A stretch of DNA of 64,000 nt from Promethearchaeota archaeon (GTDB lineage: Archaea > Asgardarchaeota > Lokiarchaeia > Sigyniarchaeales > SOKP01). The notes under the pieces were generated by a model, which did no database searches, was not told the DNA's origin, and worked only from the letters and a program-made list of their open reading frames with translations. Below, piece by piece: positions 39,392 to 50,022 of the stretch. The first letter of the stretch is position 1. Each line of letters starts with the position of its first letter. The translations under genes and the position numbers were made by a program. The stretch covers positions 3,715 through 67,714 of the forward strand of contig JBHLNR010000001.1 in assembly GCA_048941385.1 (NCBI GenBank). Reading direction: 5' to 3'.

Positions 39392-40255
39392 TTAGACGAA
39401 TCCTATTTGGTTTTTATATGCTATAAAAGTGTTGTGGAGCAAAAAATGAACTGTAAGGGGTCCAATGCCTCCTGGGGAAGGAGTAATATAGCTACATTTT
39501 TCGTATACATCTTCAAAATTTACATCTCCACAAAGCTTTCCATTAACTCTATTGATACCTACATCAATAATTATGGTTCCTTCTTTTATTTTATTGCGTG
39601 TTATAAAATTGGGTTGCCTTACTGCGACAACTAATATATCAGCTCTTCTCATATGTTCTTCAATTTTTAGAGTAGATGTATGACAAACCGTAACTGTGGC
39701 ATTACGTTTGAGCATCATAAAGATTAAGGGTTTTCCTACCAGATTAGAACGATTAATAATTACTACTTCTTTCCCTTTTAATTTAATGTTGTAATAATCC
39801 AATAGAGCAATGATTCCTTTGGGGGTACAAGGGGCTAATTCTTCATCATAATCGAAAAGTCTCCCTTTATTATAAGGATTTAATCCATCTACATCCTTTC
39901 TTGGTGATATTTTCTCAACAAACTCGGGAGTATGGTTTATTAAAGGTTTAGGAAGAGGATTTTGGAGGAGAATCCCATGAACTCGACGATCATCATTATA
40001 TTTTTGTATTTTATCTAAGATGTCTTCCTTTGGTATTTTTTCATCAAGTTCTAATACTTCAAAATCCATTCCAACTAAGGCACAGGTTCTTTGTTTTATA
40101 TTAATATATACTTTTGAAGCAGGGTCTTCCCCAACTATTATTGTAACTAATTTAGGTTTAATTCCGGTTTTATCTTGAGCCTGAGTTATTTCTGCTTTAA
40201 GCGCTAAATTTAATTTATTTGCTAATGTATTTCCATCTAAAATTTTTTCGGACAT
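39392..40255 (-). CDS. folD: Methylenetetrahydrofolate dehydrogenase/cyclohydrolase
   Basis: PASKVY, GILLQNPLP, KDVDG, PCTPKG, RSNLVGKP, DVGINR and PGGIGP motifs. Confidence 0.95.
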   Translation of the reverse strand: MSEKILDGNTLANKLNLALKAEITQAQDKTGIKPKLVTIIVGEDPASKVYINIKQRTCALVGMDFEVLELDEKIPKEDILDKIQKYNDDRRVHGILLQNPLPKPLINHTPEFVEKISPRKDVDGLNPYNKGRLFDYDEELAPCTPKGIIALLDYYNIKLKGKEVVIINRSNLVGKPLIFMMLKRNATVTVCHTSTLKIEEHMRRADILVVAVRQPNFITRNKIKEGTIIIDVGINRVNGKLCGDVNFEDVYEKCSYITPSPGGIGPLTVHFLLHNTFIAYKNQIGFV

Positions 40256-40331
40256 GATTAAAATTGATCTCGAAATTTGAATTCATCAAAAAGCATATTG
40301 AATCCATGTCATTTTAAAAGAGTATTAAAAT

Positions 40332-41426
40332 TTAAATTCTTCTTCTCTTCCAAATTATTACTCCTATCCCCACAACTAATCCAATACATGCAAATATAAT
40401 TATCAATATCCAGTAATTAAATTCTACCATAAAAACTTCAGAAGATAATTTAGATAAGGAAGGATCCAATATCATCAAAGCCCCAAAAGCATAATACGAC
40501 GAAAATATAGACGAGCTCAATTGATCTGTTCCTTGCGAAATATCAGCAAAACCTCCATCTTGAAAATTTTGACGGTTTAAAACCCACAGTATAGTGGGAT
40601 TTTTATTGAGTGAAGTCTCATTTATAATTGAAATTGCCTTTATAGCAAAGTATGTACTGCTTAGTAGAGGATAATTAGCTGTTATATCCGGGAGATAACC
40701 TCCATGATTCTCTGTGTCTGAGGGGTTCTGTATATAAAAGGTGTTTAAATAAGTTAGAGTTTGGTCTTCATCAACCAAATAATTAATAAAACCCAATTCA
40801 TCTAACACAGAAACAGCATAATATGTATTGAGTATAGTAGAAGTTAAACTTTTATTACCACCATAACCACCATCACTATTATTACATAGTAGTACCCAAT
40901 CCCTATGAATTGTTGTGTTTGGCACAGATTCTCCTATTAATGAATAAAGTTTGACAATGAAGTAAGTAGAACTTAGACTTGCTAATGTAGTTGTGTTTGA
41001 AAATGAAAATCCTCCACCAACTTGTTCAGTCTGGTTTAAATATTCATGGATTCTATTCTTTAATTGCGGATCTATAGGATATTCTAATATATCTAATGAC
41101 TTACGTAAAAAGTACAAATCATAGAGTACCACATTATTATCGTCGAACATTTGTTCTAAATCCGCTTCTAAATTAGATTCTAGATCAGTAATATCGTGAG
41201 CATTTAAGCCATATAAATCCAAAATTTCTAAAGCGTATGATGTTGCTTCGATAATTGGGTTTTCTCCATCAATTCCATTTTTGAATCCTTCACCATGAAC
41301 TTCGGTTTGTAATATAAAATCAGTTAAATAGGCTCTTCGTGTTTTAGCTAATGCGATGGGAATTACATTTAATGTAAAAATAAACACAATAAAAATGATG
41401 GTAATGTAGCGTAATTTATTCTTCAA
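40332..41426 (-). CDS. Exported, C-terminally anchored prenyltransferase-beta-like (alpha-alpha barrel) protein
   Basis: N-terminal signal peptide; GGF/GGY repeats (GGGFS, NSDGGYG, HGGY, QDGGF) with STY motifs; C-terminal TM helix followed by KRRRI. Confidence 0.75.
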   Translation of the reverse strand: MKNKLRYITIIFIVFIFTLNVIPIALAKTRRAYLTDFILQTEVHGEGFKNGIDGENPIIEATSYALEILDLYGLNAHDITDLESNLEADLEQMFDDNNVVLYDLYFLRKSLDILEYPIDPQLKNRIHEYLNQTEQVGGGFSFSNTTTLASLSSTYFIVKLYSLIGESVPNTTIHRDWVLLCNNSDGGYGGNKSLTSTILNTYYAVSVLDELGFINYLVDEDQTLTYLNTFYIQNPSDTENHGGYLPDITANYPLLSSTYFAIKAISIINETSLNKNPTILWVLNRQNFQDGGFADISQGTDQLSSSIFSSYYAFGALMILDPSLSKLSSEVFMVEFNYWILIIIFACIGLVVGIGVIIWKRRRI

Positions 41427-41576
41427 ATAAAAAACCTAGGCTAAATGAATAAAATTTTAATTCTTTAAATTTATCTTGGAATTAAAAATTATCTATAAAC
41501 AGGACTTATAAAATAGATATTCTTAAAAATAGGATAAAATTTGTATTTTAATAAATATTAATGAAATCCTTCATTT

Positions 41577-43100
41577 TTAGAGAATTTCACTAATATCTCT
41601 GTATAACAAATCTTTATTGGATTGAAATTGTTCGTAGGTTATAAAAAGATTCTGAAATGATGGTAAGCTTCCTAGTATAGCCGCCCCACTGAATATAGTA
41701 AATTGTAAGTTGTCAGGTATAAAGAATTTCAAAACCTTGCTAGAAGTTTCCATATATTCAGTAAATTCTTGTGCAGGAGTTTTTTTCTTTTTAGTTTCTT
41801 TAAGACCCGTATCTTCTAAACTTTCTATTGATCTTCCACAGTAAGGGCAAAAGAGGGATGATATATCAGTTATTTCCCTTTTACAAAAGGGACACACTCC
41901 TTTTATAGGCTCTGTTTTTCCACTTTTGGATAAAGGGTCAATCTTTATTTCAGGTAAAGCTAATCTTCTTCCACATGAAGGACAAAGTTCATTACCGGCA
42001 GACAAATCCACGAATGCTCCACAGTGGCTACAAGTATCGTGTTTTTTTTTAGACATTTCAGCTACTTGAAGTTGTATTAATTCATTCTTTACAACTGATA
42101 ATGTTGGTTTTGGTCTTGGGATTGAACCAAGTTGAGGAAGAACATTATTTAATTCAAACTCAAATCGTTGCTCAAATCCACTATAAGAGAGGTTTCCTCC
42201 TGAAAATACTATATGAGATAGTAGTTCATGCCAGTAATTATTATCTATTACTCTCAAACTAGTTATAATAGCATCAGGTAAATTCATAATAGTGCTATAT
42301 CCCAACATACTAGGATTAAATAGTACTTCTGGAGCTTGAGAAAGAATATAATTTGGAATTTTTATAGTAGAGCCATCTGGCATTGGAATACTAAACATAT
42401 CGTTCATTTTAGGTTGACCATTTGGATCCAGAACGAAATAACAATTTTTTTCCTTAATCTCTTGTATTATTTCATCCACAGCACTAGAGGCTATATTTAT
42501 TCCTTCCCTCATTAACAGATTTTTTAAATTATGATTGACATCTACACCTGCTAAAGGAAGTTTTTGTACTGAATGTTGAACCATTTGACCATTTATAATA
42601 GGGCATACCCAGGTTAGTCCGTCCCCTGATTCTATAACCATTCCCGTAGTCAATCCCACACTGAACAAAGATAATAGGGGTGTTGGCATCATAATCAAAC
42701 TTCTTACTCGATGAGTTTCAAATAGAAGCCGAGCGATATATTCCTTTGTTTCTTTATTCATGAAAGGTGGTTCACAATAAAATACAGGATAATCCGTTAA
42801 ATTTTCAATTCGAAGTAAACTATAGAAGACATAATTGAGAATCTCGTAAAAACTATCCCAATCCATAATTGCTCCACGTTCAATAGGATGTTTGATTTTT
42901 AGCACACCCCTCATTCGTGAAACATCATTACCAACATACATACTCCTAGCACTTACATCAACCATCACAGCTTTATATTTCTCAGTACCTGTAATACATG
43001 GAAATACAAATCTAGGACTCGGTTCTCCTGCAAATCCAACCTTCACATAAGCAGATCCGATATCAACTATAATTGGTGTGCCAGGTAAGGGTAATGCCAT
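41577..43100 (-). CDS. Actin-related protein with a double zinc-ribbon insertion
   Basis: VDIGSAYVKVGFAGEPSPRFVFP, HPIERG, LFETHRV, ESGDG, IKEKNCYF, MPDG, APEVLFNP, SGGN and GAAILGSL motifs. Confidence 0.93.
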   Translation of the reverse strand: MALPLPGTPIIVDIGSAYVKVGFAGEPSPRFVFPCITGTEKYKAVMVDVSARSMYVGNDVSRMRGVLKIKHPIERGAIMDWDSFYEILNYVFYSLLRIENLTDYPVFYCEPPFMNKETKEYIARLLFETHRVRSLIMMPTPLLSLFSVGLTTGMVIESGDGLTWVCPIINGQMVQHSVQKLPLAGVDVNHNLKNLLMREGINIASSAVDEIIQEIKEKNCYFVLDPNGQPKMNDMFSIPMPDGSTIKIPNYILSQAPEVLFNPSMLGYSTIMNLPDAIITSLRVIDNNYWHELLSHIVFSGGNLSYSGFEQRFEFELNNVLPQLGSIPRPKPTLSVVKNELIQLQVAEMSKKKHDTCSHCGAFVDLSAGNELCPSCGRRLALPEIKIDPLSKSGKTEPIKGVCPFCKREITDISSLFCPYCGRSIESLEDTGLKETKKKKTPAQEFTEYMETSSKVLKFFIPDNLQFTIFSGAAILGSLPSFQNLFITYEQFQSNKDLLYRDISEIL

Positions 43101-43179
43101 TTTAAATCATTAATTTATTTTTTTTTAACTATCTCAATTGTTTTACAAAAATTATGATTTAATAGTTTTTATAATTTTA

Positions 43180-43650
43180 TTATGTTTTCATATAGTCAAA
43201 TAGCTTTTTTAAGATTTGGCTTTGTACAATCAATCCAATTAACTGGTTATTATCATTTACAACAGGTATACGCTGAATATTCTTCTCAAACATTAATTCT
43301 AAGACTCCTTTTAATTCCTCATCCTCTGTGACGACAAAAGGTTCCAAAGTCATTAAATCTTTAACAGTAGTATTTGGTGAATCTAGACTCATGGCAAATC
43401 TCGCTAAACGTATATCTCTTTGAGTTATAATCCCAATCAATTGTTTACTTTTTTGGTCCTTAACTACAGGAAGTCCACCAATTTTCTTCCTCAACATTAA
43501 AAGTTCTGTCGCACTTATTTTCTCATTTGGGGTAATGAACAATGGATCTTTGATCATAATTTCTAGTACTTTAATTTTACCAAATTTTTGTAAACGATCT
43601 TCCCCCATATTAGAATCCCATACTTCTAACTCGACATAAACCCTTTCCAA
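43180..43650 (-). CDS. CBS-pair protein
   Basis: IGGLPVV..LIGIITQRD and IQRIPVV..LIGLIV repeats. Confidence 0.88.
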   Translation of the reverse strand: MERVYVELEVWDSNMGEDRLQKFGKIKVLEIMIKDPLFITPNEKISATELLMLRKKIGGLPVVKDQKSKQLIGIITQRDIRLARFAMSLDSPNTTVKDLMTLEPFVVTEDEELKGVLELMFEKNIQRIPVVNDNNQLIGLIVQSQILKKLFDYMKT

Positions 43651-43708
43651 AAAAAAACTATATCATTGTACTAATCTTAATGAAATTAATTCTTGTTTAA
43701 ATTAAAAT

Positions 43709-44086
43709 TTATTTATTAATAGTTCCTTCAAGATTTTGTTCAATTTTACTTATCTCTTTAGAGTATTTAATATAAGTATCTAACAGATAATAACCCCATT
43801 CATTTAATTTAATCCAGCCCCCACCACCCGCTCCTCCCTTATGTTTTACCACCACAGGCATTCCTGTTCGTTTTTCAATTCTCTTTAAGATATTCCAAGC
43901 ATACTTATAAGAATAATTGCATTCTTTAGCTGCCTGAGTTAATGACCCTATCTTATTTTTTTCAATGTTTTTTAATAAATTTGCCCAACCACTACCCAAT
44001 ATACTCTTATTTTCAAATTGAAGCCAAAATTTTATACCAAAATTGATTTTACGTTTTAATTCTTCAATTTTGGGTTCATTAGTCAT
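43709..44086 (-). CDS. ModE N-terminal-like winged-helix regulator
   Basis: GSLTQAAKECNYSYKYAW...KGGAGGGG motif. Confidence 0.85.
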   Translation of the reverse strand: MTNEPKIEELKRKINFGIKFWLQFENKSILGSGWANLLKNIEKNKIGSLTQAAKECNYSYKYAWNILKRIEKRTGMPVVVKHKGGAGGGGWIKLNEWGYYLLDTYIKYSKEISKIEQNLEGTINK

Positions 44087-44188
44087 AATTATAATTTATT
44101 TTTTGAATATTAATAATTATAGCTTTTAAAAGTAAAACATTAAAATCAAGCTAGTTTTAATTGTTTAAAAAAGAATTTAAATTGAAAT

Positions 44189-44941
44189 ATGATGTTTTTT
44201 TCTAAGGATGACTCTGAAAAATCAGGAAAGCAAGTTATTAATAACTTATACTACTTTTCAGAAAATCAGATGCTTGATTGTAATCAATACATCATAAGGG
44301 ATAGTAATACTGGTGATTTAAGTTTATTTGATGCAGGAAATGCAATTTCCCTTGATGGATTGATTAAGGGAATAGAAAAGTTAAATTTAAACTACAGACG
44401 AATTACTAAAGTGTTCCTCACTCATGAGCATGTTGATCATGTCTTAGGCATCTACAAATTACTGGATATCTTAAAGGATGGCCCTCCTGAAATCTATGCT
44501 TATGGAGAGACTGCAAGAATTTTAGAAAGAGGAGAAGAAAAAAAGATTTTACCTGTTATGTTTGGTTTAACTGCAAGAAGGTTTGGAATTGAAATTAAGC
44601 CTTTACATGTAATAGATTTGCAAAATGTTAAAGAGATCCAAATTTCTTCAGAATTTCTTTTCAAGATTCACCATACTCCAGGTCATTCACCTGGTTCTAT
44701 TTGCTATTATGAGCCAGAAAAGAAAATATTAATTCCAGGTGATTTAGTGTTTATAGGTGGAAATTTTGGACGATACGATTTCCCAGGTGGTTCACTACCT
44801 TCACTTATAAATTCAATAAAATCAATAAACAACTTAGATATAAAATATCTCCTTCCAGGTCATATGGGAATCAGTGAAAATGGAAACAAATCTGTAGAGC
44901 TTTCTTATAGAATGATTGAATCAATGGGTTCCTACTACTAG
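44189..44941 (+). CDS. Metallo-beta-lactamase-fold hydrolase
   Basis: THEHVDH, TPGHSPGS, GD and PGH motifs. Confidence 0.9.
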   Translation: MMFFSKDDSEKSGKQVINNLYYFSENQMLDCNQYIIRDSNTGDLSLFDAGNAISLDGLIKGIEKLNLNYRRITKVFLTHEHVDHVLGIYKLLDILKDGPPEIYAYGETARILERGEEKKILPVMFGLTARRFGIEIKPLHVIDLQNVKEIQISSEFLFKIHHTPGHSPGSICYYEPEKKILIPGDLVFIGGNFGRYDFPGGSLPSLINSIKSINNLDIKYLLPGHMGISENGNKSVELSYRMIESMGSYY

Positions 44942-44951
44942 GATCTTTTCA

Positions 44952-45020
44952 ATTCTTGTATCTGATCGCAACACTTGAACGAAGGGAAAACGACCCCTTT
45001 CAAACCTAAGGATCAGTTTG
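44952..45020 (-). ncRNA. Candidate structured RNA (H/ACA-guide-like hairpin)
   Basis: Minus strand reads CTGATC-cttaggt-TTGAA-aggggtcgttttcccttcg-TTCAA-gtgttgc-GATCAG-at-ACA. Confidence 0.4.
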
Positions 45021-45255
45021 AGATTTATCTCCCTCTTTAAAAAACCTACATTATATATACTATTGTTTAAATCTGAAAATATACTATGGCATACCAAAAA
45101 AAGAATAGCTCAAAAAAATGAAAAGTGTAATAGATCATCTTGTGGTGTTTTTAAGGTAATTCGATAAGATACTAATATTTATATAACACATCTATCTATT
45201 ATTTTAATAATCCTCTTTAAATTAAAAAAAATATAAGACGTAGTGAAGATATATT

Positions 45256-45930
45256 ATGTCTGAAAAAAAAGTTAAACATCCAACTGAAATATATTTAAGG
45301 AGTTATCCGAAAGTAATATTTTTTTGGCCTCTCTTGATTACATCATTTATTTTATGGTTTGTTCAGGCAATTACGTTTGAGAATGCTGGAGAAAATGAAC
45401 CTATATTAGGATATGCTTGGTTAATTGTTTTTTTTATTAATATTTTCGTGATTGCTTTTGATTTCTCATCGACTAAATTCTTTGTATTAATTTTAGCTAT
45501 TATAATTATTGTTTTAGTGGTTGCCGCGTTGGTATTACCAAATTTCTCAGTAGATCTCACCGGTATTAATGTTGAAGTAGGGTTACCTTGGCAATTCTAT
45601 ATGGTAATGACGATTATCCTAGCGTTTATATTAGGGATAGTAGTATTGAGTACGAGGTTCGAATATTACAAGATTGAACGAAACGAAATCATTCATAAGT
45701 CGGGTATTTTTAGTTCAGCTGAAAGATTCCCTGTAAAAAGTTTGAGATTCAAGAAAGAGATTCCTGATGTCTTCGAATTCTTTATGTTGCGAGCTGGTAA
45801 ATTCACCATCATGCCAGGAAAGGCTGATGAGGTCATGATTTTACCTACTGTTCTAAATATTAACAAAAGGGAAAGACAACTTGATTGGTTACTTTCCCAC
45901 GTGTCAGTTGAACCAGATGAAATAGATTAA
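45256..45930 (+). CDS. Membrane protein (about 4 TM) with a soluble C-terminal domain
   Basis: Four hydrophobic segments, then YYKIERNEIIHKSGIFS, a bPH-like beta pattern. Confidence 0.7.
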   Translation: MSEKKVKHPTEIYLRSYPKVIFFWPLLITSFILWFVQAITFENAGENEPILGYAWLIVFFINIFVIAFDFSSTKFFVLILAIIIIVLVVAALVLPNFSVDLTGINVEVGLPWQFYMVMTIILAFILGIVVLSTRFEYYKIERNEIIHKSGIFSSAERFPVKSLRFKKEIPDVFEFFMLRAGKFTIMPGKADEVMILPTVLNINKRERQLDWLLSHVSVEPDEID

Positions 45931-46034
45931 TAAAAGAATTAAAAATAAATTTATCCATTTTTTTTATTATTTTTTTTTATGGCTTAGCTTTTATGATTAA
46001 ATTTAAGTGTTAAATCCCACTTTAAAATACACAT

Positions 46035-46760
46035 ATGTCTCATTTACCAATTTTGCTTTTTGATTTTGATGGTGTTATCATTACTCAAAAGGCCCTTGAA
46101 TACACAGCATCTATCTTTTTAAAGAAGAGCTTCTATGGATGGAAAGACACTGAGAATTTAAGGTTAATAGATTTAGCTCGAATATTTGAAGAAGCAGATT
46201 CAAAGAATAGAATAAAAGCCTTATTAAGAGTTACTAAAGTATACAAGAAATATATTCCGAGTTTATGGAAGCGAGGGCTTTTTTTTTTTAAATTTAGGAA
46301 GACATATCCTAAATATGAAATGTATGAAACTTTAAAACCTAATTTAGAAAACTTGTTAATCAAACTTAAGGAATGGAATTTTATCCTAGGAATTGTTTCT
46401 AATACAAGTAGAAGTCGGTTAGAACAATATATTGAGAAATTCAATTTAATGAAATTTTTTTCTGTATTTATTTCTCGAGATGATACTCCGTATAGAAAAC
46501 CGAACGCTTACCCCATTCATGCTGCATTGAAAAAAATAAAGAAGAGTTTTAAACTCTCAATAGACAAAACTAATGTATATTATGTAGGTGACTTACCTCA
46601 AGACATTGAGTGTGCCATGAACGCTGGAGTTAAGAGTATTGCATTACTTTCGGGTCATGGTAAAAAAGATAGTCTTGAGAATTCAAATCCTTCCTTTTTA
46701 GTTAAAGATATTAAAGATATATTAGAAATTGAACCATTCAAAAAATTCTTATTAGATTAA
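46035..46760 (+). CDS. HAD-superfamily hydrolase
   Basis: FDFDGV, VSN, KP and VGDLPQDI motifs. Confidence 0.9.
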   Translation: MSHLPILLFDFDGVIITQKALEYTASIFLKKSFYGWKDTENLRLIDLARIFEEADSKNRIKALLRVTKVYKKYIPSLWKRGLFFFKFRKTYPKYEMYETLKPNLENLLIKLKEWNFILGIVSNTSRSRLEQYIEKFNLMKFFSVFISRDDTPYRKPNAYPIHAALKKIKKSFKLSIDKTNVYYVGDLPQDIECAMNAGVKSIALLSGHGKKDSLENSNPSFLVKDIKDILEIEPFKKFLLD

Positions 46761-46799
46761 AAACTACATTGTATTATAGATGTTAGATTTTTAAGCAAA

Positions 46800-49528
46800 A
46801 TGTTTAATCTAAAAGATTTTCAGAATGATTTGGTTCTTGAACCAATAGTTGATAAGCTTAACAAATTACTTAGCAAAAATAAAATTCAGAAAGTAGAAAG
46901 AGTAATAGAAGAGTTGGAGTCTCTTTTAGATCAATCTGAAAATGTCGTAGCTACCACTTATATTTTAAGTATCCTCGCAGAACATGATTCCAATCTTATA
47001 ACCGAGGGAATAGTTCATAAAATTGAAAATTTACTCAAATCTGATAATCCAAAATTAAGAATCAATTCAATAATTATTATGGGTTTTATCCTCTTAGCAA
47101 ACCAAGATAATGTAAAAAATATTTTACAGAATTAGCAGAATTTCTAACAGATGAGTCGGTTGATGTTAGAGATAACGTTCATTTTTTCTTATCGGAATTA
47201 GTAAAAGAAAAACCAGATTTAGTTAATAATATTAAGGAAATCTTATTAAGTAGTCTTTCGATGGAGGATAACAAAGATAATTTATTCTCTGTAATAAACT
47301 TACTCGGGTTTTGCGAAGAATTAAACTTTAACCAATTATACTCACTAAGAGAAATTTTAAAATCATTAATCTCATCGCACTTTGAGAGTTATAAGTTAGA
47401 TATCATACCAAATCTAATGAACGTCTTTTCTCAATTTTTTCCAAATTTGAAAGAACATAACATAGATACATTGAATCGTAAGGAATTGTTAGAATTATTA
47501 AATAACCAAATCCTGATGAAAAAATCTAATTTTACAAATATATCATCTAAATCCAATATACAACTAAGAAACTATATAAAGGAAATTGAAAATTTAGGTT
47601 TAAATGACAAGAAGATTCTCTTCTATACAAAGAATAAAAATAATTTAATATACATTTATGAACTCGAAAAATATCCGCTGCTTAATCTATTTAAAGAAAG
47701 TTTAAAAATTTCTAATGAAAAACTTCAAGAAATTTTTTCTCAAATAATAAAAAATGATTCAGAATTAAAGATATTACTTAAAACGTTGATAAATTTGAAA
47801 AAAATTAATGGATATTACTCAGATTTAGGTATATTCTACTCATATAATCATATAAAATCAGAATTAGAAGAAGAATTGATTCAAAAAGGAATTATCAATA
47901 TTAAGAAATATAATTATCTTCCCCCTGAGTTTACAGAAAAAATAATAAATGATATTAAGAATTCTCGAAAGGATAAGCTCTTGTTGGGAAAAGAAAAGAA
48001 ATTATTTTATTCCCAAAAAAAAATTAACGAACAAATTAATGTCGAAGCTGCTAAAAACAGTGTGATTGATCTAAAATCATATCGAGAGAGACTTACAGAT
48101 ACTGACTTTATTAATTTAATTAAAAATTTACCTAAAGAATATTTAACCAAATATCATAAAGGAACTCAATGGTTAACTAACTTAGGAGTTCTTAAAATAT
48201 CAAATGAAGTTCAAAGTTCGAAAGTATTTGGATTTTTCGACATAAAAAAAATTACAAAAAAATTAAATATTAGTCAGATTCTTTTAGTAGATTTATTCGA
48301 TCATCTTGTTGATCATAGAAGTGGTATTTGGGATAAGAGGAGGGAAATATTCTACTATTCAAAGTATTTAACCGAGAAAATTGAAACAGTTAGACAAATA
48401 TCAGATGAAGAAGAAAAATCGAATCAAATAAAACTATTAGCAGATGAGTTGAATATTGATATAAATTTAATTTTGAGAAAAATCGATGAGAATTTAAAAT
48501 CTATAGCCGAAGAAATAACAAATGAAGATCAAATAAAAGCTAGTATATATCTTGAGAAAACAGGAATGGATTTGGATGCATTTATGAAATTTATAGATGA
48601 TATAGGAATTACTTACTTCAAAAAGGACGATTGGTTCATTTTCAATAAAGAGAAAATCGAAGAAGCTAAAAATGATATTAAGTACATGTTATTGGATAGA
48701 TCAAAATCAGATGACTTTATTACTTTAGGAAATTTAAATATCAAATCAGAGTTGATTGAGGAACTTATAAAAGTCTTACTTAAGGATGGTAAACTAAAGG
48801 GGTTGTTTTATGAATATGAAGGGGAAATACAATTCTTTACCGAAAGAGGAATTCGAAATTTAATGCTTGAAAATAGCCTTATATTCTCATTTAATGATTT
48901 ATTTTATGGAAAGGAATTAAATCAAGAAGAGATTGATTTATTAAGAATGGTTTTTGATGATTTGGTGAAGAGTAGAAAGTTAAAAGGAACCTTTGATGAG
49001 GAAACACTTACATTTTCTAGTGATGAGGTATTATTTGCTAAGGATTATAATATTGTTTTATTTGAATTTGAAAAAAAAGTGAATAATTATATTTTAATCT
49101 TTGAATCTGAATTTGAACGAATCAAAAAAATTCTGACTAAAAGAGATGAAACAATATTCCCCCAGGAAATAAAACTTATTCAAGAGATTGTTGATAAGAT
49201 AAATGAGAAATATGTTAAATGGAGAAGCGACCTAGACGCATTTGTTCGTAAATTTAATAAGAAATTTTTAAGAGATCAAGGGATTAATACAAAAAGTTAT
49301 AGAGACCTTTTTTCACCAAAGGAAAAAAGAGAATTAAAGTCTTTTGAGGAAGATCCAGAAGTATATGAAAATTTGACCAATTTTGATTCATGGGTGAAAT
49401 TGTTTAATCGAATTGAAGTGAAGTATCTGAATATAATTTTCTATCAAAAAAGATTAATAAACAATCCAGATGATAAAGAATCAAAAGATAAACTTCTCGA
49501 ATTATCAAAAGAATTAAATTTGATATAA
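46800..49528 (+). pseudogene. Frameshifted gene (46800-47135 + 47261-49528): HEAT-like N-terminus with winged-helix/PCI-like repeats
   Basis: A -1 shift at the A6 run 47114-47119 joins ORF1 to KYFTELAEFLTDESVDVRDNVHFFL..., which is open into ORF2. The C-terminal LVKSRKLKGTFDEETLTF is PCI-like. This could be a sequencing error, a pseudogene or a programmed frameshift. Confidence 0.65.
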
Positions 49529-49530
49529 AA

Positions 49531-49818
49531 TCAACGCTTTTTATCTCTTTCTATCTTATTCAGAAATTTTTTAGTATCTATTTTTTGATCTGTTAGAATT
49601 TTGTATGTTTTAGGATTTGTAATACCATTTAGTGTTAATATTCCTTCCTGTTCAAGGAATTTTAAGGATCTCCATATAAAATTGATCTTAGAACGATCTG
49701 ATGACTTAATATTAAAACATCTTCTAATTCTTTTAGTGTTTACGATGTATACATTATTATCAATTAATTTATTTATCGCGTCAAGTGTGTCTTTCAAGTT
49801 GTTCATGAAAAAGTCCAT
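49531..49818 (-). CDS. Small winged-helix-like protein
   Basis: IWRSLKFLEQEGIL...KTYKI pattern. Confidence 0.55.
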   Translation of the reverse strand: MDFFMNNLKDTLDAINKLIDNNVYIVNTKRIRRCFNIKSSDRSKINFIWRSLKFLEQEGILTLNGITNPKTYKILTDQKIDTKKFLNKIERDKKR

Positions 49819-50022
49819 TATTATTAAAGCCCCTTTTAAAAGAAACTAATTAGTAATACTCTCCTCATTTAAATTATTAATTTAAAAAGTAAAATTGATT
49901 TTTTGAGTATTATAAAATTATGTAAGCATCTTTTTAAACTTTGTTTATTCCAGAAAGGAATTAACCAAGAGCCCGACTTTATAAATATTTTAAAAGAAAA
50001 ATTAGTTAAAGCTAATAGGATT

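Noticed and set aside
44952-45020. Hairpin as a SECIS element
   Set aside because: The flanking genes have no in-frame TGA, and the AUGA/GA core is not evident.
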